Shown here: piece by piece, positions 1-10,712 of the stretch | Layout of the letters: the number at the start of each line of letters is the position of its first letter | Position numbering within the stretch: the stretch's first letter is position 1 | Virus record (IMG/VR): IMGVR_UViG_3300009152_000041 | Span: 1,901 to 65,900 of that record | From: a virus | Strand: one strand, 5' to 3' | DNA length: 64,000 bases | Translations under genes and position numbers: made by a program | The notes under the pieces: model-generated | Database searches by the model: none | The model's input: the letters and a program-made list of their open reading frames with translations, nothing else | Told to the model about the DNA's origin: nothing

Positions 1-195
1 TTTTAATCTAGAGTAAGTTCGAAGAAATGTTATCTCTCCAACGGAGTTCCCAGCTGCATCCCTGTATCCAAATGGTGCAGACTTAGACCTATATGATTCT
101 ATGAAATCATCAGTTAACTTAAATAAGAACATAGAAGATTGCTTAGTGGCAATCGGTGTTAGATCTGGGTTTCCGTTTTCGATTTCTTCTGACAT
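1..195 (-). CDS. Adenosylcobalamin-dependent (class II) ribonucleotide reductase, N-terminal fragment running off the left edge
   Basis: Minus-strand translation from ATG at 195 with upstream AGGAG: MSEEIENGNPDLTPIATKQSSMFLFKLTDDFIESYRSKSAPFGYRDAAGNSVGEITFLRTYSRLK. The L-D-F-Y / PFG / RTYSR pattern resembles the N-terminus of class II RNRs. No stop in window. Confidence 0.65.
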   Translation of the reverse strand, partial: MSEEIENGNPDLTPIATKQSSMFLFKLTDDFIESYRSKSAPFGYRDAAGNSVGEITFLRTYSRLK

Positions 196-204
196 GCTAT
201 CTCC

Positions 205-909
205 TTATTTTGCTAATGCTAAAGTTTTTACGTACTTAGGGTTTAATTTTTCTATTTCTGTTTTCTTGATCTTTTTTATCTGATCATAATTATATACGTT
301 ATATATTTCTCTTTCGAAAAAATATCCACTTCTCCAGTTAAAAACTTTGTCTATTACATTCTTGTGATTTTGAAATACATTTGATATAACTGCACCACCA
401 TATATTCTAACTAGGTTTTGCATTTTCTTAGTTACGATATCTTTATTCTTGTCATTTAAATCACCGTTTTGTTCCGCCTGAGTATATAACCAATTAAAGC
501 TTTGTCTAGTTAATGGAGAGTAATCAATTGGATCGATGATGCCAATCGATAGTAACTCTTTTTGATTGGTTTGTATGTATAAATCTTTCTTAACTATTTC
601 TAAAAATAAAGAAAACCAATCTCTTTCCTTGTACTGATTCCAGGTAGGGCACCAAAATAGAATAAGGTGAACTGGATCAGGGATATTTGTTTTCTCCATA
701 GTTGGCAATAACATTGTGCAGGATATTGCTCTCTTTATATCTTCTTTACTTATGTCAGAATTCTTATTCTTGTTTTCAAGATTCATCCATAGTTTTGAAA
801 TGTGCGTTTTCCAATCTGCTTCACCTATATATAGGTTAAGATACTTTTCAGCAACATCTAATGGAAGGGCTTTGTCTCTAATTACTGTATTTAATTGATC
901 TAAAAACAT
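205..909 (-). CDS. Hypothetical phage protein (234 aa)
   Basis: Intact ORF with upstream GAGG-like SD; no family recognised. Confidence 0.7.
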   Translation of the reverse strand: MFLDQLNTVIRDKALPLDVAEKYLNLYIGEADWKTHISKLWMNLENKNKNSDISKEDIKRAISCTMLLPTMEKTNIPDPVHLILFWCPTWNQYKERDWFSLFLEIVKKDLYIQTNQKELLSIGIIDPIDYSPLTRQSFNWLYTQAEQNGDLNDKNKDIVTKKMQNLVRIYGGAVISNVFQNHKNVIDKVFNWRSGYFFEREIYNVYNYDQIKKIKKTEIEKLNPKYVKTLALAK

Positions 910-970
910 TTATAATCCTCATTAACCCTAGACAAAACTACAAAAACTTATATAAGAGACCCTTTAAAAC

Positions 971-1002
971 AGTTATCCCGCCCTGATTGGGGCGGGATAA
1001 CT
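971..1002 (-). terminator. Rho-independent terminator at the end of the late operon
   Basis: Perfect 13-bp inverted repeat agttatcccgccc / gggcgggataact with 6-nt loop tgattg. On the minus strand it follows the holin-like gene and is followed by GTTTTAAA. Confidence 0.75.
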
Positions 1003-1081
1003 ATCTTACGCTAAGTAGATGCGTCGGTTTCCGTACTGACAAGTATATCAGTTAGGATTTTTTTATGTTGTGTTTAACTAA

Positions 1082-1285
1082 TTATTTCAAAGTTGCAGCG
1101 GAGTCCTTGTCTCCAATTTTTGTTGCTGCGAATCCCTTGATAACGCTAAGCCCTGCTGCTGCTGCAGCTGTTGCTGCTGCTTTAGCTTGATCAACTCCAC
1201 CGACTGTATAAACAGCGATAAATGTTTGTGCTGCAGTCCAAAGGGCTCTTTCGAGTACGTCTTTAATTAATTTTTGATCTGGCAT
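1082..1285 (-). CDS. Putative r1t-type holin (67 aa)
   Basis: MPDQKLIKDVLERALWTAAQTFIAVYTVGGVDQAKAAATAAAAAGLSVIKGFAATKIGDKDSAATLK. Arrangement of an ERAxxTAxQTFIA helix followed by an AAAxAGLSVIKGFAA helix resembles phage r1t-like holins. Confidence 0.5.
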   Translation of the reverse strand: MPDQKLIKDVLERALWTAAQTFIAVYTVGGVDQAKAAATAAAAAGLSVIKGFAATKIGDKDSAATLK

Positions 1286-1300
1286 TTGTTTCTCCTATTG

Positions 1301-1891
1301 TTAGAGGGCTTTTGCTGACGGTACACCTTTGTACTCACCAACTTTATTGCGACCGTATTCACTAGCAGTATTAGCTTGTCCGTAACCTGACTTCATTACC
1401 TCTGTTGAAGCAACACCGTCAAAGATATAGTTATTATAAAGACTGTATGCAGTTACTCTCTTGGCGTGACCCATACCTGCAAATGCTTCTGCTGAAGTAA
1501 CACCATCAAAAATGTAGTTACTGTAATTACCATAGTACAGGCTGCGCTTAGCATGTCCGCCAGCAAGTGCTCTTATATCAGCAAGTCCCTTATATTCAAA
1601 AGGACGGAATCTAGTTCCCTCATAGGTTGCTGTACCATCGGCAAATGTACCCGCTAAAGGTGTAGTTTGAGCATAGAGGGTAGAGCCATTGAAGAGCTGC
1701 GATAGCAGGACGTTACCTGGATAGTTGCCAGTTCCTGGAGTGTGATGATTATCGGGACCACCGTCTAATACATGACTACCGCCCTTAAGAGGGTAGTAAG
1801 AGTATGTGCCGACGACGCCCTTTGGGCCGATCATATCAGCAGTTGTGCGCCCCTTCAGTACTGGTCTTGGACCAACGTAGTAAGTTGCCAT
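1301..1891 (-). CDS. Virion-associated protein with internal repeats (196 aa)
   Basis: MATYYVGPRPVLKGR... with imperfect repeat GHAKRSLYYGNYSNYIFDGVTSAEAF / GHAKRVTAYSLYNNYIFDGVASTEVM. End of structural operon. Confidence 0.45.
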   Translation of the reverse strand: MATYYVGPRPVLKGRTTADMIGPKGVVGTYSYYPLKGGSHVLDGGPDNHHTPGTGNYPGNVLLSQLFNGSTLYAQTTPLAGTFADGTATYEGTRFRPFEYKGLADIRALAGGHAKRSLYYGNYSNYIFDGVTSAEAFAGMGHAKRVTAYSLYNNYIFDGVASTEVMKSGYGQANTASEYGRNKVGEYKGVPSAKAL

Positions 1892-1920
1892 TTTATAGTC
1901 TCCTTAAAAGAATAATGTGC

Positions 1921-1928
1921 TATTTATA
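1921..1928 (-). promoter_or_regulatory. T4-like late promoter motif TATAAATA
   Basis: Minus strand ACTATAAATAG about 30 nt upstream of the ATG at 1891, in a 71-nt intergenic gap. Confidence 0.4.
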
Positions 1929-1962
1929 GTAAAATGAAATAGCTACTTATTAACTATTAAAA

Positions 1963-3231
1963 TTAGCTATAATTAACTATTAGATCAGATAGGACTGGAG
2001 CTGTTCCGTCCCCAAGCTGATTCAGGGTTACTTCTATCCAGACTGAAGACGAACCGGAAACCTCATCAAGTGTATAAACTCCGCTATCCTTATAGATTAC
2101 CCTATAGCTGAAAGCCGTAGATATTAACTCCTCAGGAACATTATACATCTTTGGTATGACCTCGTCTACTGAATAGATCAATGTTCCTTCTGGGGCGGTG
2201 AACTTGATTATTGTTCTTCCAGTTTCCAAGAACCTTTGCGATCTTACATCTAGATCAGATAAGCCATATGTATATACGTATTTACCATTTTCTAAAATAT
2301 AATTTCTTTGTCTCATATTTATTCTAATTGCAGTAATCTTTATTGGAGGGAAATAGAATCCCATCGGCCCAGCATTGAGTACTATGTCCGAACCGGATAT
2401 TGACCATCCACCTGGAGCAACTCTACCTATCGCATCAGATTCGCTATCATATAGTCTATTAAAGTTTAAGGGAGTCCATCCATCAGACTCTTCCAAAGAT
2501 GGCTCTACCTTTGTCGTGTACTCAATCGAAAGAATGTCTACTCCGAATAATGGATATGGGGATAAAGATAAATAGTTTGATGTATCGGATCCAGAATAGG
2601 CATTAGGGATCTTGTAGTAGGCAAACATTTGAGCGCCGGATCCCAAAGCTGAGTCGGCTATGATATTTCGTTTCCAGAATTTATCAGACCTATCTAAAAG
2701 TGCGTGAAACATTGGACTAGTATCCACTAGTGCACCAGGTGTATCAACACTAACAAAGTCATTCTTTATTTTTGTTTCTAGAAAATCTGGAATTGTTTGT
2801 TCTCCTAAGCCGCTAAAAAACTTAAGCTTAGAATAAGAAGAACCATCAACCTTTGGCAGTGTTATTAGATTATACACATGATCAAAACTAAGTGCTTCAG
2901 AACTTGAGAGTGCAAACTGTGCGTCACTAACAAAACCAGCTACATCTATTTGAGAATAGCTATATATAGAGAGTTTTTTATAAGGTGAATCAGTATTATA
3001 TTCAATTGCCTTTACCCTATCTTCTAGATCTGCTATAGCTCTAGAGATAAATAAATGATCTTTTAATACTCTTTCAAAAGCCTGACTCAACTTCTGATCC
3101 AATACACCAGATCTATTATAGAGGTGAACTAAATCTTGATAGTTCTGTTCTGCCCTCATGTTAAAGTCAGCACTATCTACAGGACCGTTGTACTGTATTG
3201 TTTTATTTTCTGTGTTTAGGTAATCTGACAT
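1963..3231 (-). CDS. Structural (tail/baseplate) protein, 422 aa
   Basis: Intact ORF in structural operon; no specific family recognised. Confidence 0.55.
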   Translation of the reverse strand: MSDYLNTENKTIQYNGPVDSADFNMRAEQNYQDLVHLYNRSGVLDQKLSQAFERVLKDHLFISRAIADLEDRVKAIEYNTDSPYKKLSIYSYSQIDVAGFVSDAQFALSSSEALSFDHVYNLITLPKVDGSSYSKLKFFSGLGEQTIPDFLETKIKNDFVSVDTPGALVDTSPMFHALLDRSDKFWKRNIIADSALGSGAQMFAYYKIPNAYSGSDTSNYLSLSPYPLFGVDILSIEYTTKVEPSLEESDGWTPLNFNRLYDSESDAIGRVAPGGWSISGSDIVLNAGPMGFYFPPIKITAIRINMRQRNYILENGKYVYTYGLSDLDVRSQRFLETGRTIIKFTAPEGTLIYSVDEVIPKMYNVPEELISTAFSYRVIYKDSGVYTLDEVSGSSSVWIEVTLNQLGDGTAPVLSDLIVNYS

Positions 3232-3240
3232 TTTAATTAA

Positions 3241-3666
3241 TTATCCAGTCTGTTTTTCTAATTTATTAATTTTATAAAATAATCTTGACAAACTTCCGCC
3301 AATTGTATCTGTAGTTTCCAGGTAATCTATTGTATCACTTGCACTATAGTCGTACATCGAAATTGAATCAGTAGAAAGGTCATAGACTCTACCATAGTAT
3401 TCTTCACCAGTTATCTCATCTGAAATAGTTCGGATTTCATGGGTTTCATCTTTTTCCGCTCCTAGAAAAATCTTTACTTTATCAATTATAGCTGTATCAA
3501 GAAGTTCTAATTCTAAATACAGTCTGTTCATATCCATATAAACTTTTTGATTAAAGAGATTTTCCTGTCCGCTCTTCCTTGGAGATCTATAAAATGATCT
3601 AAACCTCTTAACTAATGGTTCTCTAATTATTTTTTTACTATTTGGATCTAGATAACTTATCGGCAT
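3241..3666 (-). CDS. Hypothetical structural protein, 141 aa
   Basis: Intact ORF in operon. Confidence 0.5.
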   Translation of the reverse strand: MPISYLDPNSKKIIREPLVKRFRSFYRSPRKSGQENLFNQKVYMDMNRLYLELELLDTAIIDKVKIFLGAEKDETHEIRTISDEITGEEYYGRVYDLSTDSISMYDYSASDTIDYLETTDTIGGSLSRLFYKINKLEKQTG

Positions 3667-3696
3667 GTGTGTCTCCTACTTTGGATATAGTAAACT

Positions 3697-5922
3697 TTAA
3701 TATTCACTTGTTGTTGAATTATTATCGGATAATTCATTTGCTGATATATCAGAATAATTTTCGGAATTCTTAAACTTTAATTTAAAATAATCAATAGTTG
3801 GAGAAGACAGCGGATTTCTACTTCTGGATATGTCGGCTCTAAATCTTAGAGCAGTTACTGGGTTTGGGTTGTTCGAATAATAAAATAATCTTGAATTACT
3901 GTTAATATTATCTCTGCACAAGATTTCTTTATTGCCGAAAAAATTTTCGACAGTAAACACCTTGTCGTATGTTGATCTGTTGACCTTAAACTCAATTGGG
4001 TCTACATAGCCGTAGTATTGACTATAAACTAAACCATAATCTAATAATGATTTAGAATCCATTAAACTGATTGAACCGTTTGCACTATCCTTTATATCTA
4101 TAGCTACCTTAATTGTGTTGATTCCCGCTTTGAAGTTCCATTCAATCAACTCTGAAGTTACCCCAGAAGGAACACTTGATGGCCTTCCATTTAGGTAGAC
4201 TGCAACATCCCAGCTCTTCGAAACGCTATCATTTTTAACCAACAAGTGTCTAATGGTGATATCATTAGCGCAGAATATTTTAGTTTCCAATAAAACGCTA
4301 ATTGATTTTAAGTTTGGACCAGAAAAAAATATAGAATTATTAGATATTTCATAAGATGGTATAGAGAATATTTGTCTAACACTTGATTTTCCAGATAAAA
4401 TATTTCCCCAAGTAGCTAAAGAATCGTTTTCATTATAAATACTATTTTGATAATTTATATAATTACCAGAAACTGAATTTATACCATCTAGTAGATAAGA
4501 ACTAACCGGGTTATCCAATTGATCAAGCTTTGCTATTCTATATATTGTTTGATTTGGATATAAATCAACTGTTGGATTTTGCTCATTTAAGTTCTTAGAA
4601 GTATTTTTTGAAACTAATGGTATTTTATTTAAAGAGTTTGTAGAGTTTTCTACACCATCTAATATCTTTTTTGATTTTAAAGAAGAGCCAGAAAAATTAA
4701 CTGTTGTAGAAAAAGAGTTTTGAGTACTTTGTTCTGAAGAAATTGGAATCCAAGAAAAATCAGATATTGATTGAGCGGACGCGTTATCTTCTGCTACAAA
4801 ATAATTAACTGAACCATCCTGTGAATTTTCTCCAACATCTATCGATACAGCGTCGATCACCAAGTTGCTATTGTCATTTGAATTTAATGATATCGGAGCA
4901 GATACAAACGATGCAGATTTATCATAGTATTGTCCACTTATAGCTATGTCTCTAATGCCATATCTATATCCATATCTGCTAGCTCTGTTGTCTTCTATGA
5001 CGTCTGGTTCTGTTTTAACAAAGAATATATCTATTGAACCAACGTTACCTGGATCAAAGCTAAAAGAAAATCTATCATAATCTTTAGTAGATTTTTTATT
5101 CAACACCTCAGACACCTTGTTGGGGTCGGTGTAGTTTACCTTCACGTAGATATCAGTTGGGGAAATAGTATTTAATCTTCCCTCTATCTTTGATAAGATA
5201 ACATTTTTAGCTATAGGTAAGTTGATTGAAAAGCTAACTAAGCCTATAGTGTCAAAATAAAATACGTTTTGCCATTCAGTATTTTCTAAACCATCAAAAA
5301 CAGATCCAAAAAAAGAATCGTCAGAAAACTTCTTATTTAAATCTATTTGCGTTTTATTAAAACTCAGAGAATATGTTGGTGCGCTTGCCACAACTGAACT
5401 AGTGGAAAGTAAATCAAAAACCGAAGACTTTAATGTTGGTAATGAAACTTTACCGTTAACTGTGTCGACAAAAGCTGAAGTATAATTTAGATCAGATCCA
5501 CTTGTTGAGGCAAAGTTGTCTGAGTATGCTGCATAGTATCCTTCTGAATTTTGATTAGCAAAAATTAAGTCATCCACTTTATTTTCTAACATCATTCTTT
5601 TAGACTTTAAGTTATTTAATCTTTTATTTAATGCTGTTGCTACAGTCATTAAATCATCAGAATTTTCAAATATAGAATCATACAAAACTTCTATATTAAA
5701 AAGAGTATGTAGCATCTTTTGATTAAAAATTTCAACTTGACCAAATGCCATCTGTCTAAATATTTGAGCATTTATATCTAATGGTTGCCCTGGCTCATAC
5801 TTAGAAAAGTACTTAGAAAAGAACTCTAATATTTCCTGCTCGTTAGGCTTGTTTCCACCAGCATAAAGGCTCTTGTATAAAGTGCTTAAGAATTTTTCCT
5901 TTTGTATATTGCTTATCGTCAT
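3697..5922 (-). CDS. Structural/baseplate protein, 741 aa
   Basis: Intact ORF; ATGA overlap with preceding gene. Confidence 0.55.
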   Translation of the reverse strand: MTISNIQKEKFLSTLYKSLYAGGNKPNEQEILEFFSKYFSKYEPGQPLDINAQIFRQMAFGQVEIFNQKMLHTLFNIEVLYDSIFENSDDLMTVATALNKRLNNLKSKRMMLENKVDDLIFANQNSEGYYAAYSDNFASTSGSDLNYTSAFVDTVNGKVSLPTLKSSVFDLLSTSSVVASAPTYSLSFNKTQIDLNKKFSDDSFFGSVFDGLENTEWQNVFYFDTIGLVSFSINLPIAKNVILSKIEGRLNTISPTDIYVKVNYTDPNKVSEVLNKKSTKDYDRFSFSFDPGNVGSIDIFFVKTEPDVIEDNRASRYGYRYGIRDIAISGQYYDKSASFVSAPISLNSNDNSNLVIDAVSIDVGENSQDGSVNYFVAEDNASAQSISDFSWIPISSEQSTQNSFSTTVNFSGSSLKSKKILDGVENSTNSLNKIPLVSKNTSKNLNEQNPTVDLYPNQTIYRIAKLDQLDNPVSSYLLDGINSVSGNYINYQNSIYNENDSLATWGNILSGKSSVRQIFSIPSYEISNNSIFFSGPNLKSISVLLETKIFCANDITIRHLLVKNDSVSKSWDVAVYLNGRPSSVPSGVTSELIEWNFKAGINTIKVAIDIKDSANGSISLMDSKSLLDYGLVYSQYYGYVDPIEFKVNRSTYDKVFTVENFFGNKEILCRDNINSNSRLFYYSNNPNPVTALRFRADISRSRNPLSSPTIDYFKLKFKNSENYSDISANELSDNNSTTSEY

Positions 5923-8076
5923 AATTGCTCAACTCTTCCGGCTATTTGATATGAGTAAATAACAGGTGTAGTGTTTTCATATCTTGGTTTTTCTATATCA
6001 ATTTTTATTCTGATTGACTTTGTATCAGATGGTATGTCTGGAGAGTTGAAATATGAAACTCCCTTTACTTGACCAAAGCTTTCTATATTTTCATTAAATG
6101 ATAATATTTCAGGAATGCCATTGAACGGATCTTCTATCGGAGAAATTTGTATCCACTTTTTCCCGTCATCTATTGATATGTAATATTTAATGTAACTTAT
6201 ATTTGAGTTGCCACCCTGAAGGCTGAATACCGTATCAGAAGATACGGTTAAATTTTTTACATTGTAACCAAATACAAATGGCTTAGATATTAACTGAGCT
6301 TTTTGTGCATATACGCTATAGTTAACGTCTATAGATCTAAGTCCTATCGTAAATCTTTTAGCTGGATAAATTTCAAAATTTCTTTGAAGCAGGATGGAAG
6401 ACGTTGAATATTTAGGTGATAGATCTGACTTAATTGTTTCTACTGCTAAATCTTGAAAGTTAGAACCAGACCATTCTGCGTTTGATATTTTTGCCTGTAT
6501 ATATGTTTTTGCCGTTTCAGCAGCAATCAAGCTTTCGTATTGAAAAGCTAAAGTAATATCAGACACAGCTGCTAATTCTTGCTGCTTAGCCAAAGTCTGA
6601 TAGGCTATTGCTGGGTTTACGTAATAGTATTTTTGCAAAGATGGAGCTGCAGAAGAATTTAATCTCTTAAAAGTTACAACATGCCTCTCTATTTTTATGG
6701 CTTCTTTGTATGTGATATTAATCTTCTTTGTTGCAAGACTAGATTGATCTTTTGAAACATTGGGGCGCAAAATGCTTGGAACTAAATCTAAATAATTAAA
6801 TTGAACATCTTGAAAACCAATAGCACTAAGTCCAGCTGGATCAAATCTACTATTAGTATTTAGTGGAGCAAGAGATCCGGTATTTGAAAACGGTTTCCAA
6901 TACATGTGCTGCATTGTTATATCAGAGTAGTCTGATTGCTCTAACTTAACAGTTATTTCTGATGTAACTATTTCATTAAAGTAAACTACTGCTTTATTAT
7001 AGTAGTAATTTTTTTTAGATTCAATATTTTGAGGAATGAAATTAGAACCTATATAAAGCGGAGAATCTAAAAGCTCAACAGTTTGATTTGTTATTTTAGA
7101 AATTGCAGTTATAGAAGAAACTTTTAATTCAGAATATGGAGCTCCGACTTTGTCCAAAATAAGGAACTATAGATATAGAATTTGTTTTTTTTGAAGAATC
7201 TGTTCTTATTTTTAAGGTTAGCTTAAGTGGTTCTTTGAGAATTTTTTCTGACCAATTTTTATAAACAGTATCTGTTTTTCCATCTGTTGAGATTTTAGAA
7301 GAATATGTAAACTCAAAATCTTTTGCTCCGTTTTTATTTTTTAGTATTGGGTCTATGTATATTCCCTCATACTCAAAATATGTTAAAGGGTTAGAATCAG
7401 TTACGTTCTGCAAGAGTCCCACAGAGTTATTGTCCTGGAACATGTAACGATAGTTTGAATCTATATTCTCTTTCGCATACACCATATGATTATTCCCAAT
7501 GAATCCATTAGACTCTTTTTCATCAATTGAAATTGATCTAACGCTCCAAGCATTTGTGTCGATAACTGGAAGCGATGCGTTTCCGTTTCTAATCGATGCA
7601 ATGAGGTTTTTGGGTGTTTTTTCTACATCTATAAAATCCATATTCTCAAATGAGTCACCAAAGTAATACAGATCTTCACTAGGTGCTTCTGAGTAAGCCT
7701 GAAGTATTCTTACTTTTGACTTAATTCTATTAGCAAATTGGTTTTCTTTTTCTATTTCAGAGTTAAATAAATTATACAAAGATACCAACTGCGCACTCTG
7801 ATAATCAAGTTGCTTAGCTATTATGTTTAAATCATCTGCAACCCCAGAAATAAATGCATTGAACTTTTTAGAAGATGGTGGCTCACCTTTTATTACTTGA
7901 TTATATTTTGCTATTGGATCAGTCGAGTATTTATTTATCTCAGTTATGAGTATGTGAAATTCTTCTGACATATCTTCATATGAGCTAACTGTATTTTGGG
8001 AATACTTCCTTAGAAAGGATTGTACCTTCTTAATAAGCTGATCGTAGAATACTGTATTTGTAGATAGTTGAGCCAT
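5919..8076 (-). CDS. Structural protein, about 718 aa, assembled by +1 shift at CGG (7144-7146)
   Basis: ORF track splits this into 7129..8076 (315 aa) and 5919..7157 (412 aa, TTG start inside the first). Junction SIVPYFGQS-[CGGA]-APYSELKVSSITA. Length 2158 nt = 3n+1. Confidence 0.75.
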
Positions 8077-8078
8077 TT

Positions 8079-10712
8079 TTATCCCAATCTTAAAAGATTA
8101 TTTGCCATATGATCAGAGTTTTTTGTTTTAAACTTAAGTATAACATTGTCTACTGAACCAGATGAAAAATAGTTATTAAAATTATTTCTTATAATTAATC
8201 TGAATCTTACTTGACTATTTAAATATTCATATATAACGTTAAAAGGTTGAGTAATAGCTTTATTGAAGATGATATTCTTTCCATTATGGAAGAATAGAAC
8301 TTCCTGAGTATCATAAAATTCACCCTTTTCAAAACTACCTAATTTATAGTTAGTAAGATTAGTAGCATATGAACCATCAGAAAACTTTACAAGCACTGGA
8401 GTATAACCGGTGTACTCTATCGTGTTAATAGTACCACCTCTTTGACTGTAAGAAGCCTTTTTTAGCTTATCATAGTTTATATATGGTTGATTAACTAATT
8501 TGATACCATTATTTGATGCAGTTCTTTCAAAGAACTCACCATTTTTATCATTAGAATAAGCCGATAAGGTTTGATTGCCAGCCAAAAGCGTAGATATATC
8601 TATGTAATTTTGAGTAAAGTTAACGTTGTCTGCTGTATAACTAGCAACGTAATTATTCTTTGGATCAAAAGAATTTATATAAATTGATCTATTAAACTTG
8701 TTTACAGTATATTGACTTTCTGGAATTAATTTTTGATTTGAGTATATTTTTATAGATGTATCAATTGGAAAAAATCTAAAAAATGCTGTTTTACTTATTG
8801 AATCAAAAAATAAAAATTCAGAGTTAATGTCATTGTTATCATAAGAGATGATTGGTATCCAGTCATTTTCTGAAGTTGGATTTTCTTTTATTGAAATTGA
8901 TAATTCATATGAGTTTGCTTCCTTAAGATCAAAATCTGGAAGCGCCTTACTCTCATCAACTTTTTCTAGATTCAACTTAGCCTTAACAGCTAGGGGATTC
9001 CCGTCTATTGGAATTTTAGAACTGATAAAGCATGCTTTATTAGTGGAGGGTGAGTTTGTTGCATTTGAGATCTGCCTTGTCTTACCAAATTGCACTCCCT
9101 TTAATGAAAAAGAATACATATAATTTTCTACATTTTGATTTTTGTTTCTTAACATATTCGTAGAATAAATATTTGATCCTGACATAATGGCATCGTCTGA
9201 AAAGCTTACTAGATTTTTATCTAATGAGTTTGAATTCTTACTTAGAATACTTGGAGAATTTCCTACCTTACCAAGAAGTCCACCCCTATTATTTAATCTG
9301 CTATCTACAAATAATGAATCATCAAACAACTTAAATCTATCACCTAGTGTTTGTGACACTATATTTTTTACCATAACAGAAAGATGGTTACTAGACGACA
9401 GGCGATTTTCCTGGTCTAAAGATATTGAATTATTTTTTTCATTTAAAAATGGTTGGGATCCAACTTTGCCAATTGGATATTTATATGTATAGTAATCAGT
9501 GTATGCATATGAATTTCTTTTTGCTTCATCTATTGAATTAAATTTTCTAAAATATTCTAGGACTATGTCTTGAAGTTTACTGTGATTATTCTTCTTACTT
9601 TTCCTTATACCATTTAGTAATTCATGAATTAGCCTTGAAGATACTTCATCTGAAGTTGGTGAAATAGTATTTTTCTTATACGTGCTTTGATTAAATATAA
9701 GCGTTATACTCTTTACTTTATCTAAAGGAAAGCTAATGTCTAATACAGAGTTTATCTTTACTGGAGATAAAAGAATTTTCTTTTTTTGATAACCAGAGCT
9801 AGGAACATTAGAATTGCTTGAATAGATTCTTTCTGCTATATTTGCTGATTCTACAACTACTTGCATTAGCTGCAGTCCATCATATTCATTAGGATTTATT
9901 CTAATTAAATCTATTTCAATTTCTTTTATAAAGTTAATTGTCATTACAGTTTTAGCACCAACTATATAAGAGTAGTCATAGTCTATGTTTTGAGAAAATG
10001 ATGGTGGGATAGAAGTTAATACTGTTGGTGATTGAACTGAGATATTCCATACGTTCGACTGTTTCTCGTTAAATAAAGATTCATAATCAGTTATGGAAGA
10101 GATATATTGATTATAGTTAGTTTCGTAGTCTACTGATTTTACAAAACCTATAGCATTGATAAAATCAATGCCGTTGCCAATTTTAAACTTTGAAACAATT
10201 GGATCAACAAAACCGTTTCCACTTTCATCAAAAGCAACTCCGCCTCTATCGACAAAGGGAACTGGAGAAGTGTCATATGTATTTGATTTTAGAAAATCAT
10301 TAAAATTTTCTATATAAGAGTCATTATAAAGATCATCTTTTCCTGAAATAAAATCATAGTTATCTATATAATTTTCTAAAAGAGAAATATTTTTTTCTAT
10401 TTTTGCTACTTGAGATGACATGACTTCTATCATCGAGTTTAAAGATACGCTAATTGAATTAGATGCCGAAAAGTATCTATCAAATCTTATTTGTACATCT
10501 CTAAAAATATCAACAAAGAATTCAGATTCTATAATAGCCCTAGACCTCATTAAGGCTGGGGCAAAGTCTGCTCCAACAGAAAAATTAGAAAGACTTTTAA
10601 CTAATTCTGCTACCTGTGCTTTATCGGCTTTAATGCTTTTAATTAAATAGCCAACACTTTGCTGGGAATTGTCAGAAAATGTTTTAATTATACTAGGAAG
10701 AAAGTTAATCAT
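8079..10712 (-). CDS. Structural/tail protein, about 877 aa
   Basis: ORF track start is a TTG at 10727; the ATG (MINFLPS) at 10712 overlaps the upstream stop and is the likelier start. Confidence 0.6.
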   Translation of the reverse strand: MINFLPSIIKTFSDNSQQSVGYLIKSIKADKAQVAELVKSLSNFSVGADFAPALMRSRAIIESEFFVDIFRDVQIRFDRYFSASNSISVSLNSMIEVMSSQVAKIEKNISLLENYIDNYDFISGKDDLYNDSYIENFNDFLKSNTYDTSPVPFVDRGGVAFDESGNGFVDPIVSKFKIGNGIDFINAIGFVKSVDYETNYNQYISSITDYESLFNEKQSNVWNISVQSPTVLTSIPPSFSQNIDYDYSYIVGAKTVMTINFIKEIEIDLIRINPNEYDGLQLMQVVVESANIAERIYSSNSNVPSSGYQKKKILLSPVKINSVLDISFPLDKVKSITLIFNQSTYKKNTISPTSDEVSSRLIHELLNGIRKSKKNNHSKLQDIVLEYFRKFNSIDEAKRNSYAYTDYYTYKYPIGKVGSQPFLNEKNNSISLDQENRLSSSNHLSVMVKNIVSQTLGDRFKLFDDSLFVDSRLNNRGGLLGKVGNSPSILSKNSNSLDKNLVSFSDDAIMSGSNIYSTNMLRNKNQNVENYMYSFSLKGVQFGKTRQISNATNSPSTNKACFISSKIPIDGNPLAVKAKLNLEKVDESKALPDFDLKEANSYELSISIKENPTSENDWIPIISYDNNDINSEFLFFDSISKTAFFRFFPIDTSIKIYSNQKLIPESQYTVNKFNRSIYINSFDPKNNYVASYTADNVNFTQNYIDISTLLAGNQTLSAYSNDKNGEFFERTASNNGIKLVNQPYINYDKLKKASYSQRGGTINTIEYTGYTPVLVKFSDGSYATNLTNYKLGSFEKGEFYDTQEVLFFHNGKNIIFNKAITQPFNVIYEYLNSQVRFRLIIRNNFNNYFSSGSVDNVILKFKTKNSDHMANNLLRLG

